NCBI RefSeq assembly: GCF_964188315.1
Contig: NC_135667.1
Span: 25,110,001 to 25,174,000 of the forward strand
DNA from: Podarcis muralis
Lineage: Eukaryota
DNA: 64,000 bases
Direction of reading: 5' to 3'
Shown here: one piece after another, positions 1 through 12,553 of the stretch
Layout of the letters: each line of letters starts with the position of its first letter
How positions within the stretch are numbered: the first letter of the stretch is position 1
Made by a program: the position numbers and the translations under genes
The notes under the pieces: model-generated
The model's database searches: none
Told to the model about the DNA's origin: nothing
What the model saw: the letters and a program-made list of their open reading frames with translations, nothing else

Positions 1-846
1 TTGAGGAAATGATAGTGATTTTACTAATTATAGAGTTCGTGAACAGTTCCTGGTGTGAGAACTGTATGTCTATGTAATAAAAAAAAGCCATGTTGGTAAC
101 ACCTGCTCCCTACTATGAAAAGTTATATCCTTTGAAACATCTGTGTATTACAAGTGCGTAGAACTAGCGAACCTTTAAAGGCTGCTGGACTCCAGCCCAC
201 ATCTGTTCTAGCCAGGTATTGGCTAGATGTAGTCTAATCGGTTGGAAGTAGGACACACATTTTGGAGGTTCCACTCCTACCAGCTGGACTGCTACCAATG
301 AATAGGCATTCAAGACTTTTATTTGGACTCTTGTGTTTATGCAGTGATGTCAAGCAAACATTCAATTTTATTTCCCATGCTACTTTAATCTATTCTATAT
401 GAAACCCGGGCATCATCTGGAGACTTAGTGTGAAGTATTCCTAATGTGTGGGTGACACCGAATTCTATCTTTTCATATTATATGATTCAGGAGGCCTTGC
501 AAGTGCAAGAATAGTGTCTGGAGGCCCTGATGGGCTGCCTGAGGGCCAATAAATTGAAGCTGAATACTGATAGATCACAAGCTTTGTGGATAAGTGGTTT
601 TAGGTCCAAAAACAAGACTGACACCATTCCCCACCCCAGAGCCCAGGAATTTAAGAATCTATTAGTCTTCCTTAATTTACCATGTCCTTCATTATATTGA
701 CATTATTGCTGGCCATGGATCATTTTATGGCAGTACGCAAGATGCTTTATAATGAAATTCTTATCTGGTTTATTAGCAATTTAATGCATAGTTTAAAATA
801 CAGTACCATTGATGAACACTCTTCCATTGTTAACAATACATTTCTA

Positions 847-1785
847 TTAGGTCTTGTTCAATACATTCCTTCCCAAAGCTCTCATTAATGCCTCTTTGAC
901 TTCCTTGTTCCTGAAACTATATATAATGGGATTTAGCATAGGATTGATTACTGCATAAAATATAGAAATCATTTTATCATTCTCAGGGGAGTAAAATGAT
1001 TTTGGCCTCATGTACATGAACATTCCTGTGCCATAATAGATGGTCACTACTGTTAGATGGGAAGAGCATGTGGAAAAAGCTTTGTGTCTGCCACTAGTGG
1101 TACGGATTCTGATGATAGCAGCAATGATGTAGCCGTAGGACACCAGAACCAGGATAAAGGGCAGCATTAAAGTGCCTGCACCCCCTATCAACATCAGAAG
1201 TTCATTTAAGGTGGTATCAGTACAGATCATGTGCAGCAGAATGGGAGCCTCACAGAAAACGTGATTAATAACATAGGGTCCACAAAGAGGGGGCAAAGAT
1301 AAGTAGAGTGGAACCACAGAGAGTAGAAAACTGATGGTCCAAGATGCTGCTGCAGTCTTCACACAAACACGGTAGCTCATTATTGTGGTGTAACGCAAGG
1401 GATGGCACACTGCTACATAGCGGTCAAATGCCATCACTGCTAGAAGGAGACATTCTGCTGCTCCCATAAAGAGGGAGATATAGGTTTGCAGCATGCACAG
1501 ATGATATGATATAGTTTTCTTGGTGGATATCAGGTTGGCCAACATTTTGGGGACCACAGCAGTGGTGTAGCAAAGGTTCAGAAATGCCAAGTGTTGAAGG
1601 AAAAAATACATGGGAGTATGCAGATGGGGATCTGCTGTGGCCAAGCAAATTATACTAATGTTCCCAAGAAGGGTTGCAGCATATAGAAAGAAGAAGATTG
1701 CAAAGAGTAAAGGTTCCATTTCTGGATGATTAGAAAAACCCAAAAGCATGAATTCCCAAACTTCTGTTTCATTTGTTGGTCTCAT
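847..1785 (-). CDS. Olfactory receptor, class II, OR2/OR13-like (312 aa), copy 1 of tandem duplicate
   Basis: Intact ORF with OR motifs GN, LHTPMYFFL, MAFDRYVAVCHPLRY, KAFSTCSSHL, PMLNPIIYSFRN. Start set at MRPTNETE (ATG 1785, N-glycosylation site), ~38 nt downstream of splice acceptor tcttctcccag at ~1823. Confidence 0.95.
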   Translation of the reverse strand: MRPTNETEVWEFMLLGFSNHPEMEPLLFAIFFFLYAATLLGNISIICLATADPHLHTPMYFFLQHLAFLNLCYTTAVVPKMLANLISTKKTISYHLCMLQTYISLFMGAAECLLLAVMAFDRYVAVCHPLRYTTIMSYRVCVKTAAASWTISFLLSVVPLYLSLPPLCGPYVINHVFCEAPILLHMICTDTTLNELLMLIGGAGTLMLPFILVLVSYGYIIAAIIRIRTTSGRHKAFSTCSSHLTVVTIYYGTGMFMYMRPKSFYSPENDKMISIFYAVINPMLNPIIYSFRNKEVKEALMRALGRNVLNKT

Positions 1786-4097
1786 AATGCCCCATCGATT
1801 CCAACTATTGGGAAGGGGGAACCTGGGAGAAGAGCAGACAAAACTACCTTTTAGAATGTGAGAATATAGATATATCATCATATATCCTAAACCTAAATCC
1901 TACATCTAAAGTATCATTCATCAAACACAAAATACAATTAATGCAATGTTGTTCTATAACTTCCATCAGTTTGTCAAGTCAAGTTTTAGTTTTCAGTTTT
2001 ATGCTCTTTTGCATATGCTAAGTCTGGACAAGATCAGTAAGATTGTTTTCCTCCTGATGTAACTTATTGTTTATGATAAAATTATAAATTTGTGATCTAT
2101 GGAACAATAACTATAAAATTGTGAACTATGCAACAATATAGGAAAGAAAAAAGAGTTCTTTGATCATACAGGCACTAGAAATTTCATAGATGTAAAAGCA
2201 GAGCAGAGTTATGAAGAAATAGAGACAAATGTAAAAAGTTACATGAAAAAAGTTATTTTGAGCAATGATAGTACAGGTTGGCTTTCAGGTATTGTTGGAT
2301 TAAACTTCCCACCAGCAAATAGTCAGGATTGGTGGGCACTGTAGCCCAACAATATCTGGAAGGCAACTCATTTATGATTTAGAAATTTTATTTTAATAGT
2401 TTTTTTCCAATCTTATTTATTGTTTTTTGTTATATGCCTTAAAAATAATTTTAAATATTGTTCTATTCCTTACTTGCATGCATCCTAATCATAACAATAG
2501 AAATAATATCTCATTATGTTCACTTTTCCCCATCTGAGTATAAATAGGATTCCTTCTTCCCTTCCTTCCTTCCTTCCTGCTTGATTAACAGAAGTTAACA
2601 GAGGTCAACAGAAGCAGGGGTTTCTTCCCATGGAGGTAGATATCGGATTATATCGTTAAACTAGTTTTCTTTGTATATACTCAATGCAGACTAGGTTAGG
2701 TGGGCAGACAGGCTAGGAGCTGTAAAATAAAAAGATAAAACATGAGCATATAACTAACGCAATGAAGTCCAATAAAACTATAAAAAGCTGCAGTATTATC
2801 ACAATTCAACATGACTGGTAATAGCAGCATCAAGCTGGCCAGTCTATACTTATGTTTGCCCACCACACTCATCTTAAAGGTTACATATTTCTCTTGCCTA
2901 GTGAAGCTTACCATATTTGTTTAATACTACAAGCTCCCCTCCAACACAGACAAAAAGCACATTTGAAGAGATGTGCTTATACAAATATATTAATATTTCT
3001 TTCTTTCTATAATACATTCCATTATCTCCATAACACTTTTGCTCCATGCACCTCAATTATTTTTATTTGAATTCTAAGCGTTTTATTGAGAAGAAATCCC
3101 ATGGATTTCAATTTAATTTCCGGGGGGAGAGAGGGAGGGAGATAAAAGTCTAATTGATACCCTCTCCTTATAGTACCTTAACCTACCTTAATCGTAATAT
3201 GTACATTCATTGCTCTTTGGCCTTGATGTTACATTGACAATAATGCTGGTGTTTAAATTCACTGACAAATGGAAGCATTAGTGACCCATACTCAGAAGGT
3301 ACATAAATGACACTCTTACTGCCATGCAGATTTTCTGTTGAGATGTGATGTTAATAATAAAGAATGGAGATGAAATATAGGAGTAGGGTGTAGGAAATGA
3401 ACCAGAATTGAGTTCTCAAAGAAGTAAAGTCTTTTAAGAGCATAAAAACAGAAAGAGCCCTGCTGGATCTGGTCCAGCATTCTATTCACACATTGGTCTA
3501 TCTGATATCTGGACTATTTTGGAAAGGAAGGTGAAGTGTAATTTTAATAATAATAACTAAATAAAAATAGGAAGCAGGCCCAGAGACAGAATCTAAATAC
3601 AAGAGCATTTACTCCATTTTACCAGTACAGTAAATGTTATTCAGAGAGCCACTGCCTTCAATTGTGAAAGCAGAGTCTAGTTATCATTCTCAGTTCACAC
3701 TAAGAGCAATATCAGAATATGTTTCATTCCTTTCATTTTTTTGTTTTCTTTAAAATCAAGGATTGTACCTAGTTTTGTCTTGTTCACCTAAGTCTCTGAT
3801 CAAGCTGAAATTTATAGTAAGGGTGAAAGCAATTGTCACTGGCACTCTTTTCCCTCTGCAGCCCCTGTTCCATTCAACCTCTACTCCAAAGGGCTCAGAA
3901 TCTCCACAGAATATCATGGCAGGTTGCCAGAGAAAGGATGGATTTGCAGAGTTCCCTTCCCTCTGCCCATCTTCACAAAAACCTCTGCCGAATCAAAGAA
4001 CATTGTGTGAGTTGAAGGACAGAATTAGAGACAATCCAATATGTTTATTTGTTCCTGGGGGGAAAAACCCAAGATAACAGCATGAGACGCTACATTG

Positions 4098-4462
4098 CAT
4101 GCCCTCCAACATTTCTCCAATGAAAATAGGAGAATGGAATTATCATTCCATAATGATAATTTTACTATTTATACCCCGCACATCTTAGTGGGTTGCCCCA
4201 GCCATTCTGGTCAGCTTTCAACATATATAAAAATGTAATAAAACATTAAACATTTTTTTTAAAGAAACCACACTTCTCTATACAGAATTGCCTTTAGATG
4301 GCTTGGGAATCAAATAACTCCATACCCCCCCTCCCACTATTTCTCCAATGAAAATATGGAAGTCCTAAGGAAAAGTGGGACATTCCGGGATCAAATCAGA
4401 AAACTGAGCGGCTTCTTTAAATCAGGGATGTCCCTGGAAAACAGGGACACTTGGAGGGTCTG
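4098..4462. mobile_element. Non-autonomous DNA transposon (MITE-like) carrying an internal L2 3'-tail fragment
   Basis: Imperfect TIRs catgccctccaa (4098) / ttggagggtctg (4462), flanked by acattg on both sides. Internal 4150-4310 resembles the L2 tail at 19719-19960. Confidence 0.6.
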
Positions 4463-4976
4463 ACATTGACATTCCCAGGGTATAGTACCCCTCTCTTCTG
4501 GAGATTCAATAATTGTAAAAAATGGGAACCAGCCAAGAAGATCCCTTCAACTCCACCTTCATCCAAGCACAGTACAGGTAGTCTCATTGAAATAAATTAG
4601 ACTTAAGTTGTCCCACTGATTCCATAACTACCTTCTTCTGGATCCAACCCATAGTGTGTTTAATTCCTATTGTGTTTGGTCTTAAGCAGATAAGCTGAAA
4701 AGTACTGAATAATATGACCTACTTGTATACCGTTCATACCACATGAATGCAGAAGATAATGATAAAAGAAAACTTCTATATTTACTCCTACCTTCTATAT
4801 GATGGCTTTATTAGTTGTTAGAAAATCCCCAGGCTCCAATTAACTTTGCACGTCTTACTATGAAATGGACTCAGCAGAAATTACCACTCCCTTAAAAAAA
4901 ACAACAAAAAAACTTACAGGATAATGGAAGGTTAAAATGGACAACATTTAAAGAGATTTTTAGGGCCATACAGATC

Positions 4977-5367
4977 GCCGAAGAATTGATGCTTTTGAAT
5001 TATGGTGCTGGAGAAGACTCTTGAGAGTCCCATGGACTGCAAGAAGATCAAACGCATGCATTCTTAAGGAAATCAGCCCTGAGTGCTCACTGGAAGGACA
5101 GATCGTGAAGCTGAGGCTCCAGTACTTTGGCCACCTCATGAGAAGAGAAGACTCCCTGGAGAAGACACTGATGCTGGGAAAGATGGAGGGCACAAGGAGA
5201 AGGGGGCGACAGAGGACGAGATGGTTGGATAGTGATTTTGAAGTTACCAGCATGAGTTTGACCAAACTGCGGGAGGTAGTGGAGGACAGAGGTGCCTGGC
5301 GTGCTCTGGTCCATGGGGTCACGAAGAGTCGGACACGACTAAATGACTAAACAACAACAACAACATA
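4977..5367 (+). mobile_element. RTE-BovB LINE, 5'-truncated 3' end with (CAA)n tail
   Basis: Encodes RT C-terminus RRIDAFELWCWRRLLRVPWTARRSN...LMRREDSLEKTLMLGK. (caa)n tail; 9-bp TSD atacagatc at 4968-4976 and 5368-5376; absent from duplicate unit 2. Confidence 0.92.
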
Positions 5368-5423
5368 ATACAGATCTGGAGAAACAGAGTTGGGTGGGCA
5401 AAGGCACCCATAACTGCTAGGAG

Positions 5424-5690
5424 CAGGGGTCAACAAGGTTTATCTTGCCTGGGCCTAATCGGTCCCGCGGAGATCCCTCCATGGGCTGGATCTCGAGCAT
5501 GTGTGCGCCTGTGATTTTTGGTGTCTGCATGTGCGCAGACGCAATTTCCGGCACCACGGAAGTGAGTTCTCGCACCGCGCTGCACTGATTTAGCGCAGCA
5601 CGAGAACAGGCGGATCGGTTCAGGGGTGGCTCATGGGCCGGTCAAACGACCTCTATGGGCTGCTTCTGGCCCATGGGTTTTAGGTTTCTG
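5424..5690. mobile_element. CpG-rich hAT-like MITE, unit-1 specific
   Basis: Begins caggggtc (hAT-type TIR start); absent at the homologous site in unit 2 (actgctag|agttagg, ~12670). Right TIR degenerate, no clear TSD. Confidence 0.55.
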
Positions 5691-8077
5691 AGTTAGGAAA
5701 TGTTAGAAATTATTACATGGCAGAATTTAGATTCTGTTTGGAGTATGAAAGGGAAGGTGCCAGACTAAACCAAAAAATTGCCTGGGAAGAAGGGCCATCA
5801 AGGTGTAATTACTGGAGAATGGCCAGCCATTGACCTTCTGCCTGAGCTCAGGGTAAATAGCAGAATTGGGAGGGGACAGTTACAGGAGGCATGATGTCAC
5901 ACAGGAAAAATGTGCCCTTTTGGAAAAATAAAAGAGGTCTAGATAAGTGGGGTGAGTAAATAGAGGTTGGAGAAGAAGAGGGAGGACTCGACAAGCTGTT
6001 TTGAAGACTGAACCGTCTTGGTGAACTGGCTGAAGGCAGGTTGGGAGAGAGGCATGGAGATGCCTGGGAATCCAATTCTGGGCTACAGTGAAGGAAAGCC
6101 TCCTCCTGAGATGTAATGTTGTAAATTCTCCCCAAGCCCATGTGTAAATATTTGTAAAATAAACCATATTTCTTAAAGACCTTCGTCTCTACTATGTCTT
6201 GATTTCACAGACACAACCCTGGGTGAGCACATGGAACCCCCTAGAATCTTGCTACCATTTAGCAGAGATTGGGGGTGGGGTGGCACACAAACTTTAACAC
6301 ACACATACACACACAATCTAGATGTGAGTGTCACAGGCAGGCTTATGGGGTTGACACAAGGATCAGATATCTCCCAATGAGCCAAACTCAAACAGGCTCA
6401 TGACTAAGTCTATCAATCAGTAGTCGCTCAATTCTTCTTCTTTTTTTTAAAAAAATGCAGTATTTATTTGAAAATTCACATATTTGCAGGGGGAAGAACT
6501 TTGAATAGAAAATACTTCTTATGCAAAGGGAAGAAAATGCACCTTTTAAAAACAGGGAATGCTTTTCTTTCCAAAGGAGGCTTGCAAAGCTTCTTGTGCA
6601 GTACTTCCTAAGCACCAATAGTCAGCTGGGTGTCAGTTATGTGGGAAGCACAGTGCAAGAGGCCTTAGTAGACACCACAAATCAACTAGGATTGCCATAT
6701 TTCAAAAAGTAAAAACCAAGACACCCCGAAAGACAGCCCTACAACCAACCGATCAGCAGTGCCTGCAAAGCCTTTTTGTCAAAGTCCCACCTATAGCTGC
6801 CCCTCAGCTGATGTCACATATGATTTCACATGCAAGACAGCTGGGTGTGGCTTGAATGAATAGGATGAATGAAATGGACTTACAAATAGGAAGCCCTAGC
6901 CTTCCAGATTAGGTCCTCAGGCTGATAGTTCTCCTTTTCTGCTGTAGAGAGTTGCTGGAATTGGAAGTGGGGCCTAGGTCTGCATCTGTTCTGGAAAAGC
7001 TAGGTGCCAAACTGCAGCAGGTGTGGTCATGTTGAGTTAGTAACCACAGAAGGCCATGCTCCTATTACTGACATTAGCCAGGGCCACCCCAGAGGCAACA
7101 TTCAGTTTTATAGTCTCAAAGATCAATGCTGAATGTTGGAAGAATTTGAACTTTGTGAATTTCAATATGAGAAGACTCCATTCACCCTTCCCAAATTAAT
7201 GAATCAGGTGGATTTTGTACTTCTCCCAACTTTGTGACAGTGTTCTCAGTTCATGTAAAATGTGTAAGTGCATTATCAAATGTTCATTTTAAATTATATT
7301 TAGAAAAATACACTTTGTGAGAAAAATACATTTTTGAATGCTAAACTTAACATTTTGACATGGATGTATGCATCATCACACTTTAATGCAGAATTAAATT
7401 TGCAATGGTGATACAGACTAGAAATATACTGATCCAACCACCCCTCGTTACACATCCCTACTGTGTCTGAACAAAGCTCTGAAACCAGAGCATAGAGTTC
7501 CAGGTAATTAATATAGTCATAGTCGATTTATTTATAAACCACATATTCTACAAATACATCTGTACTTGAAGCAGTTTACGAAAATATCTAAATATCGGAA
7601 CACATTTTGTTGCTGGCATCCTTCTGTCTCAGGAGACAATGAAAAAATACATACGCTGTAGAGACTAATATGGGAGAGACATGTTTTGTTGTACCTGGGG
7701 TAGAGGAAGGAGCACATTTACAAAACATAATAATACCTCATGACACAAAATAATAATGATGGTGATAATTAATATTAAATAAAAATAACAGTTCATTTAA
7801 CATACATGAAAATTTAAGAGTGCAAAGTTCAACAAGTCAAGTAGTTTCACATCCAAATGCACCATCAAAACTGATGGCATCAGTGCCGAGTAACCTCCTA
7901 CCTTTTATTTACACCTGATCCTCAAAGTTCAGAAAGTAACTTCAGACTTCATCTGGAAATGGATCCTTTATAAAGACTCTTATGGCTAGAGTATGGGAAA
8001 AAGCAAGCAGAAACAGCCATTCACTGATGAAAAACACAGTTTCTTTTCCCTCACATGGTTCTAGATTAAGGTAGGTA

Positions 8078-8420
8078 GAGAGAGAGAGCCAAGCAGTAGA
8101 AGCAAAGACCTAATGAAATCCATGAACTCGATAAAGCTGATGTCAATGCAGGTGAGGTGTAGCAAAGGGGCACTGTCACAGAAGTAGTGATTAATGACAT
8201 TAGTTCCACAGTAAGGCAACCTCACTTTCAGCACTGTTGACAAGAACAAAGACAAGAACCCACCGATCCAAGAGCCAATCAGCATACTGACACAAACTTT
8301 CCCAGTCATGAGAGTGGGGTACCTAAGTGGGTAGCAGATGGTCATGTAGCGGTCAAAGACATCGCAGCAAAAAGGATGAACTCTGTAGAACCCATGAAGA
8401 AGTAGAAGTATGACTGATCA
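8078..8420 (-). pseudogene. Olfactory receptor remnant (internal TM3-TM5 fragment of the OR6-like gene at 15492-16439)
   Basis: Near-identical to ~15800-16145. 1-bp deletion in the MSFDRY codons (gtcaaagacatc vs gtcaaaggacatt); both ends missing. Confidence 0.9.
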
Positions 8421-8574
8421 AAACACAAAATATAGTCATGGGTTTGGGGGGAAAGGAATAAGAAATAACTTAATATTCCCCACTGTTTTGTTGGCAATTG
8501 ATCTGAATATAACATGCATTAGACAGGTGGGGTGTGTGTGTTTCTTTGCTTTTTTATCATTCTGAATAATTTGA

Positions 8575-8860
8575 TGTCATCAGAAAACATGACCACCTCA
8601 GTGTTCATTCCTCCTTCCAGGTTATTAATGAACAAGTTTAAAAGCATATGTCCCAGTATAGATCCTTGGAAAATCACACTTCATACATCCTTTCAAGATA
8701 GCCTCTCTTTATCCCATGACTGCTAAGTATTCTCAGGAGGCTTGGTCAAAGACTGTATCAAAAGGTTTTTGAATGTTCAGCTATGCAATGCGGACTATAT
8801 CACTCCTGTCCACATTTTATTGATGCTCTCAATTACCTCTAAATTGTCGCTTAGACAAAT
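8575..8860 (-). mobile_element. Degenerate CR1 LINE RT fragment at the junction between duplication units
   Basis: Reverse complement reads like the CR1 RT core (MFSDD for KFADD; GICFxTCSLITW-like for GPVLFNLFINDL); ttatcccatgactgctaag is typical of squamate CR1. Confidence 0.7.
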
Positions 8861-9228
8861 ATGCATAAAAGTTCAACTTATTAAAAGACTTCTCATAAAA
8901 GTCTTCTCATAAAAGTCTTCTCCTGTATGCATGCATACAATTTTCAGAAGCCAATGGTGTCTAAAGTAACATTTTAGCCATAATAATTGAACCATATAAT
9001 TAATATTAGTGTTCATTGAACCATCCTCTACCTCAGAGCACAGGAATTTAGGAATCCACTAGCCTTGATTAATTTAGCATATCCTTCATTGTTTCTACAT
9101 TATTGCAGGCCCTGGACATTATAAAGCACGAGATGCTTTATAATGAAATTCTTGTTTGGACTATAAGCAATTTAATGCATATTTTAAAATACAGTACCAT
9201 TGATGAACACTGTTCCAATACATTTCTA

Positions 9229-10167
9229 TTATGTCTTGGTCAATACATTCCTTCCCAAAGCTCTCATTAATGCCTCTTTGACTTCCTTGTTCCTGAAACT
9301 ATATATAATGGGATTTAGCATAGGATTGATTACTGCATAAAATACCGAAATCATTTTATCATTCTCAGGGGAGTAAAATGATTTTGGCCTCATGTACATG
9401 AAAATTCCTGTGCCATAATAAATGGTCACTACTGTTAGATGGGAAGAGCATGTGGAAAAAGCTTTGTGTCTACCACTAGTAGTACGGATTCTGATGATAG
9501 CAGCAATGATGTAGCCGTAGGACACCAGAACCAGGATAAAGGGCAGCATTAATGTGCCTGTACCCCCTATCAACATCAGAAGTTCCACTAAAGAGGTATC
9601 AGTGCAGATCATGTGCAGCAGAACGGGGAGCTCACAGAAAATATGATTAATAACATAGGGTCCACAAAGAGGGGGCAAGAATATGGAGAGGGAAACCACA
9701 GAGACTAGAAAGCTGATGGTCCAAGATGCTGCTGCAGTCTTCACACAAACATGGTAGCTCATTATTGTGGTGTAACGTAAGGGATGACACACTGCTGCAT
9801 AGCGGTCAAATGCCATCACTGCTAGAAGGAGACATTCCGCGGCTCCCATAAGGAGGGAAATATGGGTTTGCAGCATGCACAAGTGATACGATATAGTTTT
9901 CTTGGTGGATATCAGGTTGGCTAACATTTTGGGGACTACAGCAGTGGTGTAGCAAAGGTTTAGAAATGCCAAGTGTTGAAGGAAAAAATACATGGGAGTA
10001 TGCAGATGGGGATCTGCTGTGGCCAAGCAAATTATACTAATGTTCCCAAGAAGGGTTGCAGCATATAGAAAGAAGAAGATTGCAAAGAGTAAAGGTTCCA
10101 TTTTTGGATGATTTGAAAAACCCAAAAGTATGATTTCCCAACCTTCTGTATCATTTGTTGGTCTCAT
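9229..10167 (-). CDS. Olfactory receptor, class II, OR2/OR13-like (312 aa), copy 2
   Basis: Intact ORF; 23 aa differences from 847-1785 (counted by eye). Start MRPTNDTEG at ATG 10167. Confidence 0.95.
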   Translation of the reverse strand: MRPTNDTEGWEIILLGFSNHPKMEPLLFAIFFFLYAATLLGNISIICLATADPHLHTPMYFFLQHLAFLNLCYTTAVVPKMLANLISTKKTISYHLCMLQTHISLLMGAAECLLLAVMAFDRYAAVCHPLRYTTIMSYHVCVKTAAASWTISFLVSVVSLSIFLPPLCGPYVINHIFCELPVLLHMICTDTSLVELLMLIGGTGTLMLPFILVLVSYGYIIAAIIRIRTTSGRHKAFSTCSSHLTVVTIYYGTGIFMYMRPKSFYSPENDKMISVFYAVINPMLNPIIYSFRNKEVKEALMRALGRNVLTKT

Positions 10168-12504
10168 AATGCCCCATCGATTCCAACTATTGGGAAGGGG
10201 GAACCTGGGAGAAGAGCAGACAAAACTACCTTTTAGAATGTGAGAATATAGATGTATCATGATATATCCTAAACCTAAATCCTGCATCTAAAGTATCATT
10301 CATTAAATGCAATATAAACGTTATGCAATATTGTTCCATAACTTCTTTAGGCATATCTCCATCAGTTTGTCAAGTCAAGTTTTAGTTTTCAGTTTTATGC
10401 TGTTTTGTATATTCTATGTCTGGAAAAGATCAGTAGGGTTGTTTTCCTCCTGATGTAACTTCTTGTTTATGAAAAAATTATAAAATTGTGATCTATGCAA
10501 CAGTTACTATATAATATAGGGGGGGCAGTTCTTTGATCAAACAGGTACTAGAAATTTAGCAGATATAAAAGCAGAGCAGAGCTGGGAAGAAATAGAGACA
10601 AATTTTAATAGTTACATTTTTAAAAACCAAGTTATTTTGAGCAACGATAGTACAGGTTGGCTTTCAGATATTGTTGGGTTAAACTTCTCACCAGCAAATA
10701 GTCAGTATTGGTGGGCACTGTAGCCCAACAATATCTGGAAGGCAACTAATTTATGATTTAGAAATTTTATATTAATAGTTTTTCTAATCTTATTTATTGT
10801 TTTTTGTTATACGCCTTAATAATAATTTTAAATATTGTTCTATTCCTTACTTGCATGCATCCTAATCATAACAATAGAAATAATATCTCATTATGTTCAC
10901 TTTTCCCCATCTGCGTATAAATAGGATTCCTTCTTTTCTTCCTCCCTCCTTGATTAAGAGAAGTTAACAGAGGTCAACAGAAGCAGGGGTTTCTTCCCAT
11001 GGAGGTAGATATCCTTAAACTAGTTTTCTTTGCATATACTCAATGCAGACTAGGTTAGGTGGGTGACTGGGCAGACAGGCTGGGAGCTGTAAAATAAAAT
11101 GATAAAATATGAACATATAACTAACCCAATGAAGTCCAAGAAATCTACAAAAATCTGCAGTATTATCACAATTCAACATGACTGGTAAAAGCAGCATCAA
11201 GCTGGCCAATCGATGCTTATGTTTGCCCACCACACTCGTCTTACAGTTTACATGTTTCTCTTGCCTAGCAAAGCTTACCATATTTGTTTAAAACTACAAG
11301 CTCCTCTCCAACACAGACAAAAAGCACATTTGAAGAGATGTGCTTATACCAATATATTAATATTCCTTTCTTTCTAGTATAAATTCCATTATCTCCATTC
11401 CACTTTTGCTCCATTCACTTGTAACCTCAATTTTTATTATTATTTTTAATTCTAAGAGTTTTATTGAGAAGAAATCCCATGGATTTCAATGTAATTTCCA
11501 GGAGTTAGGGGAGGGGACAGGAGAGAGAAAAGGCTAATTGAAACACTCTCCTTATAATACCTTAACCTACCTTAATCCTAATATGTACATCGATTGCTCA
11601 TTACCCATGTTACATTGACAATAATGCTGGTGTTTAAATTCACTGACAAATGGAAGCATTGTGACCCGTACTTGGAAGGTGTATAAATGACACTCTTACT
11701 GCCATGCAAATTTTCTATTGAGATGTAATGTTAATAATAAAGAATGGAGATGAAATATAGGAGTAGGGTGTAGGAAATGAACCAGAACTGAGTTCTCAAA
11801 CAAGCAAAGTCTTTTAAGAGCATAAAAAAAATGAAAGAGCCCTCCTGAATCAGACTTTAAAACATAATAAAACATTTAAAAAACACTTGTCTATAAAGGA
11901 TTACCTTCAGATGGATTGGGAGTTGAATAACTCCATACCCTGCAACATTTCGCCAATGAAAATAGATACATCCTAAGGAAAAGTGGGACATTCCGGGATT
12001 GAATCAGAAACCGAAGCGGCTTCTCTAAATCAAGGATGTCCCTGGAAAATAGGGACACTTGGAGGGTCTGACATTTACATTCCCAGAGTACAGTTCCCCT
12101 CTCTTCTGGAGATTCAATAGTTGTAAAAAATGGAAACCAGCCAGGAAGATTCCTTCAGTTCCACCTACCTCCAAGCACAGTACAGGTAGTCTCATTGAAA
12201 TACATTAGACATACTGGTAAGTTGTCCCATTGATTCCATAAGTACCTTCTTCTGGAACCAACTCATAGTGTGTTTAATTCCTATTGTGTTTGGTCTTGAG
12301 GAGATAAGCTGAATAGTATTATTAAGTATGAATAAGTAAAAACTTGTATACAGTTCATGCTACATGAATGCAGAAGAGGATAATTGAAAAAAACCTTACA
12401 TATTTACTTTTATCTTCTATATGATGGCTTTATTAGCAATTAGAAAATCTCAAGGCTCCAATTAACTTTGCACGTCTTACTTTCTACTATGAACCCCCCC
12501 CCAA

Positions 12505-12553
<49 letters not shown>
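12505..12553. repeat. (AAT)n microsatellite
   Basis: Directly visible perfect trinucleotide run. Confidence 0.95.

Larger units (their letters stand above)
545..8420. repeat. Tandem segmental duplication unit 1 (OR-A, intergenic DNA, truncated OR-B)
   Basis: Colinear with ~8975-16145 over coding and non-coding DNA, e.g. 625-770 vs 9021-9160, 5850-6430 vs 12830-13410, 7320-8060 vs 14150-14910. Boundaries approximate. Confidence 0.9.

Noticed and set aside
1786-1881. N-terminal extensions of OR ORFs in the track (also 10168-10287, 16440-16541, 45239-45355, 55762-55836, 59675-59731)
   Set aside because: Each crosses a pyrimidine-rich AG splice acceptor shortly before the canonical Met/N-glycosylation start, so they are most likely read-through into 5' UTR introns. 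Several start with TTG/GTG.
5021-5350. 109-aa ORF (and antisense 4960-5322, 46784-47047)
   Set aside because: RT C-terminus of truncated BovB and its antisense shadow, not a host gene.
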